Part shown: positions 24,622 through 32,618 of the stretch, piece after piece
Layout of the letters: each line of letters begins with the position of its first letter
Position numbering within the stretch: the first letter of the stretch is position 1
NCBI GenBank assembly: GCA_020633075.1
Contig: JACKEI010000004.1
Location: 97,092 to 161,091 of the forward strand
Length of the DNA: 64,000 bases
Direction: 5' to 3'
From: Sandaracinaceae bacterium
Lineage (GTDB): Bacteria; Myxococcota_A; Polyangia; Polyangiales; Houyiibacteriaceae
Translations under genes and position numbers: made by a program
The notes under the pieces: generated by a model
Databases searched by the model: none
Told to the model about the DNA's origin: nothing
The model's input: only the letters and a program-made list of their open reading frames with translations

Positions 24622-26355
24622 TCAGAACTGAGCCTGGAAGCCCGTGAGGATGGTCGGGCCGCCGCTGTCGTGGCGGTCGCCCAGGTTGTTGCGGAGGATG
24701 GGGGCGTAGCTGTAGCCCCCCTGTAGGTAGAACCCCGCGCGGCGGCCGGGCATGACGCGCAGGCCCAGCGCGGCCGACAGCGTGACCCCGTAGTCCGTGA
24801 GGACGTTGGTGGGCTCCTGCTCCCGGCCCGGGTTGAAGCGGGTGCGCGCGATGCCCAGCCCGAGGCCGCCTTGGGCGTAGCCGTACAGCCAGTGCCCCGC
24901 GAGCGGCACGGTGCCGCGCAGCTGCGCGCCCACGGACCAGGCTCGCCAGGAGTAGTCGTCGTCCGAGTCGTCGAAGAAGACCCGGTCGAACCGCTGCACC
25001 TCCAGCTGGTCGAAGGTGAGCAACACGCTGAAGTGCCGAGAGACCGTGCGCTCCACCGCGAGCGCCATGCGTGGCGTCCAGTCCGCCGAGAACAGCCCGC
25101 GCGTGAAGCCGAAGTCGTTCAGCCGTTGGGTGTAGTCGCTTGCGCGTCCTCGGCGGCCGAAGCCGAAGCCGAGCTCGAAGGCCCAGGTCCGGGTGGGACC
25201 CGTGCGCGCCTCGCGGGCGGTGGCTTGTTCGGCGGTGATCTCTTGGCAGCTGCTGGCGCTGAGGGTGTGCACGCCGCGCGCCGGAAGCGTGATGTCGCAG
25301 CTGCGGATGACGCGCTGGCCGCGCCACAGCACGTGGTAGCGCCCCGGCGGTAGGGCCAGCCGCAGCGCAGCGCCCGAGGCCTTGGTGAGCTCCGCCATGA
25401 CGGCGTCGCCGCGCGCGCGGGTGATGAGCAGCTGCCCCTCGAGCGCGGCGGGCAGCTCCAGCTGGGCCGAGGCGCGTGCCGGGTAGGTGAGCGCCACCGC
25501 GCCGTGGCCCGTGAGGTTGGTGACCAGCGTCACGTGCTGTCCGCCCACGGCCGTGCGCGAGGTGTCCAGCAGGGTCTGCGCGTAGGCGTAGCGGTAGGCC
25601 TCGTCCAGCGCGACGCGGCCGTCGCGGTCTTCGTCGGCGCCGCCGCGCAGGGCCACCAGCAGGTGGTGCGTGAAGTAGCCGGCCGACAGGCGCTCGGACT
25701 CTTGGCTGAGCTCGTCGCCGCTGCTGCTGGCCATCACGGCCACGCCGCGCGTCTGCAGCTGCGTGATGGAGTTGTGCGAGAAGTCCGCCGTGGCGTCGGC
25801 GCCGCGCACGCGGGAGTAGGCGCCGCTCTGGCACGCGTCCAGCACCACCAGCGTGAGCGTGGTGGGCAGCGCGTCGATGGCGGCGCGCAGCTCGCTCAGC
25901 GGGAACTCCTCGCCGCCCAGGCGCAGGGCTTGGGCTTGGGCGTGGCCCGAGTAGTAGAAGAACACCACGCTCTGCTCGTCGCGCGCGGCGTGCGTGGCCA
26001 GGCGCTGACGCAGGCGGCGCAGGGCGCCGGCCAGCTGGGCGCGCGTGGGGGAGCGCAGGAGGTCCACGCTTCCCGCCGGGTAGTGCCCCAGCTCCACCAG
26101 CACCTCGGCCATGCGCTGCGCGTCGCGCTCGGCGAAGGCCAGCGGCTCCTGACCGGGGCCGCCCGGGTTGCTGCCCACCACCAGCGCGTAGGCGTGCGCG
26201 TCCGGGGCGAGGTCCAGGCGCTGCGGGCGTGCGTCCGCCGGCGCGGGCTGGGCCTGGGCGGGGGCCGGGGTGGCGCCGGTGTGCAGCAGGAGCAGCAGGG
26301 CGAGCGGGGCTAGCCGGGCTAGCGAAGTCGCGATGGAGGTGTGCGTTCGAGGCAT
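24622..26355 (-). CDS. caspase-family (peptidase C14) domain protein fused to a C-terminal outer-membrane-type beta-barrel
   Basis: Signal peptide. C14 catalytic dyad contexts VVFFYYSGHA (His) and LVVLDACQSG (Cys). The C-terminal ~200 aa have alternating-hydrophobic strands and end ..TILTGFQAQF (terminal Phe, OMP-like). Confidence 0.82.
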   Translation of the reverse strand: MPRTHTSIATSLARLAPLALLLLLHTGATPAPAQAQPAPADARPQRLDLAPDAHAYALVVGSNPGGPGQEPLAFAERDAQRMAEVLVELGHYPAGSVDLLRSPTRAQLAGALRRLRQRLATHAARDEQSVVFFYYSGHAQAQALRLGGEEFPLSELRAAIDALPTTLTLVVLDACQSGAYSRVRGADATADFSHNSITQLQTRGVAVMASSSGDELSQESERLSAGYFTHHLLVALRGGADEDRDGRVALDEAYRYAYAQTLLDTSRTAVGGQHVTLVTNLTGHGAVALTYPARASAQLELPAALEGQLLITRARGDAVMAELTKASGAALRLALPPGRYHVLWRGQRVIRSCDITLPARGVHTLSASSCQEITAEQATAREARTGPTRTWAFELGFGFGRRGRASDYTQRLNDFGFTRGLFSADWTPRMALAVERTVSRHFSVLLTFDQLEVQRFDRVFFDDSDDDYSWRAWSVGAQLRGTVPLAGHWLYGYAQGGLGLGIARTRFNPGREQEPTNVLTDYGVTLSAALGLRVMPGRRAGFYLQGGYSYAPILRNNLGDRHDSGGPTILTGFQAQF

Positions 26356-26515
26356 CTTGTCTGTGCTAACTCGCGAAGGGTCTCGGGTGGGACAGGGGCG
26401 GGTGTTTTTTCTGCGGGCGCTTCGCGGCGGGGCGCAGGCGGCCGGTTGGGAGAGCGTGTGGCAAGTGTGGGCCGTGCACCGCTATGCTGCGGGCTCGATG
26501 CACCAGGAGGGCTTC

Positions 26516-27478
26516 ATGGATCGCAACCCGCACGGGCCCAGGCCTGACTTTCGCCGTGTCTCTCCGGATGTCTTGCCGCGCGGTGCGTGGCTGGCGTGCG
26601 CGCTGGCGCTCGTGGGCTGTGAGGGGCCGCGTCCGGCCTACCGCTTCCTCGGAGACACCGCGCTGCTGGCGGCCGACGAGCCCGGCGACCTGCGCTACGA
26701 GCGCACTGGGTCGCGCACCAGTCGCCACTTGCGCGTCGAGGTCGTTTCAGGCGACGTCGGCGCGCGTCTCGGCTTGCGGCGGCTCGATGACACCATTTGG
26801 CCGACGAACACGCCCGTGGTGGAGGTGGACGGCGCGCCCGCGGGTCACCAGGCCGTGCTCGAGCTGCTCGACGGTGCGCGTCCGCTCCAGCGCGTGCGCA
26901 TCGACTACGTGGAGGAGGGCACCCCCGGCCTACGCGGGGCGAGCTACGAGGACGTCCTGGGGTCGCTCGACCCGCTGGGCGCCGTGTGCCTGCTGGAGGA
27001 GCAGGAGTCCTTCGTCTTCGTCGCCCGTCGCGCCGTCGACGGCCGGCTGTTGGACGCGCCCTTTCCGTTTGGGACCGAGGTTCACGACGCTGTATTTGAC
27101 GCCGACTGGGCCCCGTCCAGCGGGCTCGGGGGTGTGGTGTACGCGCCGCTGAGGGCACCCGTGGCAGGCGTGTACGAGCTCGACGTGGTGGTGCGCGACA
27201 GCGACCGCAGCTGGGTGGCGGAGGTGCGCGTGGTGCGGGCCGACGAGCTGGTGACCTTGGATGTCCGCACGCCAACGGAAGACGGCATCTCGGCGGGATT
27301 GGTGGTCGCCGTGCCCCGGACCGCCGACGGCTGCGCGGTGCTGGGCGCTCCCGTCACCATCGACGTGGCAGGGGTGCGCACCTCGTGGACCTACGGGGCG
27401 GGCTACTTCAGCGTCGCCGAGCCGGGGGCCACCCTGCGTGTGGAGCTGGGCGACCTGGTGGCGACGGCCGTCTATTGA
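26516..27478 (+). CDS. hypothetical lipoprotein
   Basis: ORF 26270..27478 trimmed to MDRNPHG..GAWLACALALVGCEGP (lipobox). Alternative ATG at 26498. Confidence 0.6.
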   Translation: MDRNPHGPRPDFRRVSPDVLPRGAWLACALALVGCEGPRPAYRFLGDTALLAADEPGDLRYERTGSRTSRHLRVEVVSGDVGARLGLRRLDDTIWPTNTPVVEVDGAPAGHQAVLELLDGARPLQRVRIDYVEEGTPGLRGASYEDVLGSLDPLGAVCLLEEQESFVFVARRAVDGRLLDAPFPFGTEVHDAVFDADWAPSSGLGGVVYAPLRAPVAGVYELDVVVRDSDRSWVAEVRVVRADELVTLDVRTPTEDGISAGLVVAVPRTADGCAVLGAPVTIDVAGVRTSWTYGAGYFSVAEPGATLRVELGDLVATAVY

Positions 27479-27723
27479 GCGGAGCTCTACGAGCGCGCCG
27501 CCGAGCTTGGCGCCGATGCGTTCGCGCGCGACCGCCTCACCGAGAAGCACGGCCTGACGTGGTACGCCCGGAGCGCGCGGGAGAAGGCCAAGGACACGAA
27601 GGCGCAGCCAAGCGCGCAGAGTCCCGGAAAGCGGCCAAGCGCCACTCCGGGGCCGAAGCCGCCCCGGAAGCCAGCTCCATCAAGGTGAGGGGATTCCACG
27701 ACGGCTGGTGAGCCTCGCCGGTC

Positions 27724-28893
27724 TCAGCTGACGCCGCTCAGCAGCGCCAGGGTGCGCGCCGCCTCCTTTCGCACGCGCGGGCGGGCGTCGGTGGCAAAGC
27801 GGTGCACCAGCTCCACGTCGTGACGCGTGCCCACGTCCGACAGCGCGCCGAGAGCGCCCACGACGGCACGGGTGGAGGCCCGGCTGGGCGGAGGGGCGTG
27901 CACGCCTGCATGCGACCGGGTCAGCGCGGTGGCGCCGCTCAGCGTGCGCAGCGCCAGCGCCCGCGTGGCCTCGAAGCTGCGCGCCGGGTGGCGCGCCCGC
28001 AGCAGCTGGCGGGCGGTCAGGCGCACGGCGGCGTGGTGGTCCATCAGCCCGGCCTCCAGGGGGGCGTCGCTCGGGTCCAGCTTGCTTGTCCGCCGCAGCG
28101 CCAGGCTGCGCACCCACGCGGAGTGCGACTGGGAGAGGGTGGGCAACAGCGCCCGCTGGTCGCTCTCGCTGGTGGCTCCCGAGATGGCCGTGCGCGCGGC
28201 CCACGTGTGCACCCCGATGGCGGGGTCCCCCAGCGCGGCGCTCAACACCTCGAGCGGGCTCTCCCCGACCGGTTGCGCGAGGCGAAGCGCATAGGCCAGG
28301 CGGCGCACACGTGGGTCGGCGTCGTGGCTGGCGCGCAGGAGCGCGGGCCGCTGCGGGGGTTCCGCCAGAAAGCTCCGCACGCTGGGGACCACGCTGCCGC
28401 CCCCTCCCCGCTGCCGCTCGGCCAGCTGAGCCAGCAGGCCCAGCGAGCTGGCCAAAGCGTCCGCGTAGCGCGGGTGCAGGCTGCGCTGGACGGCGGCGGT
28501 GGCGCTCGCGCGTAGGGAGGCCACGATGTCGTCACAGCGCAGCAGCATGAAGGGCAGCACCCAGGGCTGACCGCTGTCCGTGAGGACGTGCAGCGCCACC
28601 TCACGCACGTACCCGTTGCGGTGCGTGCTCAGCAGCGCGGCCACCGCCAGGCGCTGCGGCGCGGGGAACGCGTCCAGCAGCGCAGGGTCCATGTGCCGGT
28701 GGGAACCGACGGATTGAGGAAAGACGATCTGCGCAAACGACACGCGCGCCTGGGCGGCGAGCTCGGCGATGTCCCGAGGCGAGGCCGACCGCAGCAGCCC
28801 GTCAATCGCCACGGCCGCCGCTTCGCGCGTGGGGTCGTCGCGCGAGGGCAGGTCGCGGGCGGCCAGCAGGACCTGACGGGAGAGGGAGAGCAC
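27724..28893 (-). CDS. HEAT-repeat protein
   Basis: Recurrent D.D..VR..A...L helical-repeat strings (HDADPRVRRLAYALRL, MDHHAAVRLTARQLL, TDARPRVRKEAARTLA, RNGYVREVALHVL). GTG start 18 nt after the Rpn gene stop. Confidence 0.6.
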   Translation of the reverse strand: MLSLSRQVLLAARDLPSRDDPTREAAAVAIDGLLRSASPRDIAELAAQARVSFAQIVFPQSVGSHRHMDPALLDAFPAPQRLAVAALLSTHRNGYVREVALHVLTDSGQPWVLPFMLLRCDDIVASLRASATAAVQRSLHPRYADALASSLGLLAQLAERQRGGGGSVVPSVRSFLAEPPQRPALLRASHDADPRVRRLAYALRLAQPVGESPLEVLSAALGDPAIGVHTWAARTAISGATSESDQRALLPTLSQSHSAWVRSLALRRTSKLDPSDAPLEAGLMDHHAAVRLTARQLLRARHPARSFEATRALALRTLSGATALTRSHAGVHAPPPSRASTRAVVGALGALSDVGTRHDVELVHRFATDARPRVRKEAARTLALLSGVS

Positions 28894-28911
28894 GAGGAGA
28901 GTGTGCGCCTG

Positions 28912-29892
28912 CTAGTGCGGCTCGAACACCTCGCCCAGGCTCGCGGCGCTCAACACGCGCCCAATCAGGCGCTGCAGCTGGTCCGCGTCGGCCGCGTCGA
29001 TGCGCGCGCTGGTCGTGCCGTCGAGGGCACCAAAGCGCTGGCCGAGCAGGCTGCGCAACGTGTCCCGAAGCGCGCGTGCCCGACCTTGCTCGGTACCTTG
29101 CCGCAAGCCCTCGAGGACACCTTCTTGCCTGAGTTGATCTGCGATGGATGCCAAGGGAGCCTCCGCGGCGGGGACGTTTTCGAGGATGGTGCGACGCAGC
29201 TCGTCGAAGGAGGGCGGACCCGTCCGCTGCAGAATGTAGCGCAGAAAGACGCGGGCATCATCGGGGGCGTGGAGCAAGACATGGTGGAGCTCGGCGCTCA
29301 AAGCCGGGAGGTGCGCCAACAGCGCGTCCGCCTTGCGTCCGTCGCGGAGCAACCAGATGGCCACACGCGGCACCGGAGTGAGTGGGCGCGCCAACAGCTG
29401 GCTGTCCGAGACGTGTGCCAAGTCGTCGATCAGCAGCTCGAGGTTGGGGACGAACGGTCGCAGCTGAGGGAACTCGTCGAGACCCTCGACCATCTCGTGG
29501 AGGCTGCGAGGTGCGGTCCATCCCCCGGGGCCGTGGTGCACGATCAGCGTCAGCACCGGTGGCAGCGTCTTCCGGCCACGCTCATTCCTCAAGAGCTTGG
29601 ACCACACGCGTTGGAGGTATTCCAGCACGCGGAGCGGCATGAGCGGATCGGGCCGGCTCTGATGCTCCATGAGGAGGTACAGGTAGACCAGTCTGCCCCC
29701 CAACGGCACGCGGAAGAGTAGGTCGGTGTGGCGGTGCGCCATGTCGGGGCCGACGAAGGTGCCCGGGATGTGTTCGAGGCGACTCAGGTCCAGCGCTGCG
29801 AGCAGCACGGCTGGCAGGACGCAGCGCAGCTCCGCCGCGGCGTTGGCAGGCACCGCGAAGATGCGCTTGAACAGGGTGTCGTAGTCACCCAT
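28912..29892 (-). CDS. Rpn-family recombination-promoting nuclease / putative transposase (PD-(D/E)XK, YhgA-like) with DUF4351-like C-terminus
   Basis: YDTLFKRIF.., TDLLFRVPLGGRLVYLYLLMEHQSRPDPLMPLRVLEY.. and C-terminal ..LGQRFGALDGTTSARIDAADADQLQRLIGRVLSAASLGEVF match the family pattern. GC visibly lower than neighbours. Confidence 0.8.
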   Translation of the reverse strand: MGDYDTLFKRIFAVPANAAAELRCVLPAVLLAALDLSRLEHIPGTFVGPDMAHRHTDLLFRVPLGGRLVYLYLLMEHQSRPDPLMPLRVLEYLQRVWSKLLRNERGRKTLPPVLTLIVHHGPGGWTAPRSLHEMVEGLDEFPQLRPFVPNLELLIDDLAHVSDSQLLARPLTPVPRVAIWLLRDGRKADALLAHLPALSAELHHVLLHAPDDARVFLRYILQRTGPPSFDELRRTILENVPAAEAPLASIADQLRQEGVLEGLRQGTEQGRARALRDTLRSLLGQRFGALDGTTSARIDAADADQLQRLIGRVLSAASLGEVFEPH

Positions 29893-30058
29893 ACGAATGC
29901 CTGACTGAGGGAGTTGGGTGACCGTGCAACGTGCGCTCCGCAGCGGCGACCGGCGGAGCTGCCGGCGCGCGTGGGTCGCTTGTCGGGCGGGCGCGCCTCA
30001 GGTTGCGTGCCTTCTTCAGCCTGGCGCTGCCCTCCGCCGCGCCCGCAGGAGCTGCCCC

Positions 30059-31648
30059 TCACCCCAGGCTGGCGATCAAGCGCTCCGCTGCGCGCTCCGC
30101 CATGGCGGTGATGGTCAGGCTGGGGTTCACGCCCACGTTGGAGGACACCGCGGAGCCGTCCACCACGTAGAGGCCGGGGTAGCCAAAGACCTCGTGGTCG
30201 GCGCTGATGACGCCGTGCTGCGCGTCGCGGCCCATGTTGCAGCCGCCCAGGATGTGCGCCGTGGCGGCCATGTTGCCCAGTGACGCCAGCGCCGTGTCAA
30301 AGGCCTGCCCGCCGGTCTGGGTGGCGATCACCTGCGCGGTGCGTGAGGCCACGGGCAGGTGCGAGGGGGGCGCCTGGTGCCCCGGGGCTAGCTGCGAGCG
30401 GAGCGCGCCTCCGCCCGCGCGCAGGCGGCTCGCGCCGTAGCCAAACTGAAGCTCGCTGTCGCTGTGCTGCATGACGGTCAGCACCGTCACGTGCTCGTTC
30501 CAGCGCGGGTCGCGCAGCGGCTCGAGCGCGCGCCGTGGGTGGCGCAGGGCCTGCCAGGCCGTCTTGCCCAGCCGCCGCGCAAAGCCGGGACCCTCGGCCA
30601 GCGGCGTGGCCAGCGCCCGCATGAAGCGGTAGGCGGGGGGGAAGCGGTTCTGCGTGATGTGCGTGTGCGCGTCCGGGTAGAAGTGCGACGAGATGGCCGT
30701 GCCGTCCAAGAGGTCGTCCGGCGGGTCCTGGTGGTGCACCCCCACGATGGCCTCGCTGTTGGTGCGCACGCGCTTGCCCAGCTGCGCCGACAGCTGCGGC
30801 AGCGTGCGGTGCACGTCACGGCAGCGGAAGAGCAGCTCGAGCGTGCCCACCACGCCGGCCGCCACCACCACGCGCTGCGCCGTGATGGGCGCGTGCGGCT
30901 GCTCCGTGCGCGGGTCCACGCTGCTCACGCGGTAGCCGCCGGGCACGGGCTCGATCTTGCGCGCCGCGTGCCACGGCCACACCTCCGCCCCGTGCGCGCG
31001 CGCCAGGTGCAGGTAGTTCATGTCCAGCGAGTTCTTGGCCCCCGTGGGGCAGCCCGCGATGCAGCGCCCGCAGAAGCTGCAGCCCGTGCGCGCCGGCCCC
31101 GCGCCGCCAAAGTACGGGTCCGCGTGTGGCTGGTCCGGCGCGCCGAAGAAGATGCCGTTGGGGGTGGGCCCGTAGGTGTGCGCCGCGCCCGCCTCCTGCG
31201 CCGCGTGCTCCAGCCAGTGGTCCATGCTGGTCTTGCGGGGGTTCTGGGCCACGCCCAGCATGCGCTCCGCCGTGGCGTAGTGCGGCTCCAGCTCCGCGCG
31301 GAAGTCCACGCCCAGCCCGGCCCAGCCCTCGTGCGCAAACACCTCCGGCGGGGGCCGCAGCAACACGGCGCCGTACACCAGGCTGCCGCCGCCCACGCCC
31401 ACGCCGCCGACAATGCTCACGTGCCGGAACACGTGCTGCACGAAGAAGCCAAACATCTTGGCCTCGGGCAGCCACGCGAAGCGCCGGAGCGCGCTGTCCG
31501 CCGCCAGCATCTCGGCCCGCCCCACGGGGCCACCTTGCTCCAGCACGCGCACACGCAGCCCGGCCGCCGCCAGCCGCAGCGCCATCACGCTGCCGCCAAA
31601 GCCGCTGCCCAGGATGAGCACGTCGGTGTCGAGAGCGGGGTCGGTCAT
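30059..31648 (-). CDS. GMC-family FAD oxidoreductase (cholesterol-oxidase-like)
   Basis: ORF 30059..31882 trimmed to MTDPALDTDVLILGSGFGGSVMALRLAAAGLRVRVLEQG (GxGxxG). C-terminal HILGGCNMG..VVDGSAVSSNVGVNPSLTITAMAERAAE. Confidence 0.85.
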   Translation of the reverse strand: MTDPALDTDVLILGSGFGGSVMALRLAAAGLRVRVLEQGGPVGRAEMLAADSALRRFAWLPEAKMFGFFVQHVFRHVSIVGGVGVGGGSLVYGAVLLRPPPEVFAHEGWAGLGVDFRAELEPHYATAERMLGVAQNPRKTSMDHWLEHAAQEAGAAHTYGPTPNGIFFGAPDQPHADPYFGGAGPARTGCSFCGRCIAGCPTGAKNSLDMNYLHLARAHGAEVWPWHAARKIEPVPGGYRVSSVDPRTEQPHAPITAQRVVVAAGVVGTLELLFRCRDVHRTLPQLSAQLGKRVRTNSEAIVGVHHQDPPDDLLDGTAISSHFYPDAHTHITQNRFPPAYRFMRALATPLAEGPGFARRLGKTAWQALRHPRRALEPLRDPRWNEHVTVLTVMQHSDSELQFGYGASRLRAGGGALRSQLAPGHQAPPSHLPVASRTAQVIATQTGGQAFDTALASLGNMAATAHILGGCNMGRDAQHGVISADHEVFGYPGLYVVDGSAVSSNVGVNPSLTITAMAERAAERLIASLG

Positions 31649-31703
31649 AGGGTCTCGTGCGCGGACGTCATCGCGGCAGTGTGCAGCGGGTCGGGCCCGC
31701 GAT

Positions 31704-32573
31704 CTACCTGAGCTCCAGCTGGACGTCCGGCGCGGCTGAGAGTGCAGGCGCGGCGTGCGGCGCGTCTTCGTCGCTGCGGAGGCGCACCAGGGGCCACAGC
31801 AGCTCCACCTGCCACGGCTGCGGGGCCAGGTTCTCGATGCCGTAGCTCGGCGGGTAGCGGCGCGTGATGCGCGCGGTGCCAAAGAGCACGTCCCAGAAGA
31901 ACAGCAGGTTGCCGTAGTTGCCGGCGTAGTGGGTCACGCCGTCGTGCGTGTGCCGGCCGTGGTGCATGTGGTGCGTGGACGGCGTGGAGATGACGCGCTC
32001 CATCACCCACATGAGCGGCCGCAGCACACGCACGCGGTACAACTGCTCGTCCCAGCGGGAGCTGGAGTGGGCGCCCGCGATGACGCTGAGCTTCACCAGC
32101 AGGTACACCGGGTAGACCGCGCCCAGCCCCAGGTGCACCAGCACGCCGCTGACCCACAGGCTGGGCATCAGCGAGTAGTAGAACAGGTTGTTGCGGTACA
32201 TCATCTGCACGCTCATGTAGCGCGCGGAGTGGTGGGCGCGGTGCAGCGTGTAGAGCAGCGGCACGCTGTGGGACGCGCGGTGCCACCAGTACTGCAGCAG
32301 GTCGTCTCCCACCAGGAAGAGCAGGACCATGCTCCAGACGGGCAGGTCCGCCCACGCGCCGGCGCTGCCCGGAGAGATCACGCTGGCGAGCCCGGCGGCG
32401 CAGAGCACGATGGCCGGGCTGGCCGCTGCGAGGGTGCCCGTGGCGAGCAGGTCGAGGCGCCAGTCCGAGGGCGTGATCTCACGCGTGGCCAGGTGGCCGC
32501 GCAGCCACTCGACGGTGAAGAAGCAGAGGGAGACAGCGAGGATGGCGAGCTTGTGTTCCACGCCTCTCAGCAT
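31704..32573 (-). CDS. fatty-acid hydroxylase / sterol desaturase superfamily membrane protein
   Basis: ORF 31704..33536 trimmed to MLRGVEHK.. Histidine boxes HRASH, HRAHH, HHMHH and 4 TM helices. Stop lies 55 nt upstream of the GMC gene start. Confidence 0.85.
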   Translation of the reverse strand: MLRGVEHKLAILAVSLCFFTVEWLRGHLATREITPSDWRLDLLATGTLAAASPAIVLCAAGLASVISPGSAGAWADLPVWSMVLLFLVGDDLLQYWWHRASHSVPLLYTLHRAHHSARYMSVQMMYRNNLFYYSLMPSLWVSGVLVHLGLGAVYPVYLLVKLSVIAGAHSSSRWDEQLYRVRVLRPLMWVMERVISTPSTHHMHHGRHTHDGVTHYAGNYGNLLFFWDVLFGTARITRRYPPSYGIENLAPQPWQVELLWPLVRLRSDEDAPHAAPALSAAPDVQLELR

Positions 32574-32618
32574 GAGCACGCCGTTACATGAGTGATAGTG
32601 GTATGTTTTCACATAAAC
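32574..32618. promoter_or_regulatory. 45-bp AT-rich divergent promoter/operator region between the LysR gene and the desaturase gene
   Basis: TTACATGAGTGATAGTGGTATGTTTTCACATAA with an imperfect dyad TTACATG...CACATAA. Typical position for a LysR operator. No specific box verified. Confidence 0.3.

Noticed and set aside
27476-27478. Selenocysteine or programmed readthrough at the TGA preceding the coding-like extension.
   Set aside because: I could recognise no SECIS-like hairpin immediately downstream, and there is no redox-protein context. A nonsense mutation or gene remnant is more parsimonious; it is reported as a low-interest finding instead.
28912-29892. Calling the Rpn-family gene a transposase or mobile element.
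   Set aside because: I could find no terminal inverted repeats, target-site duplication or integrase nearby. It is annotated as a CDS only.
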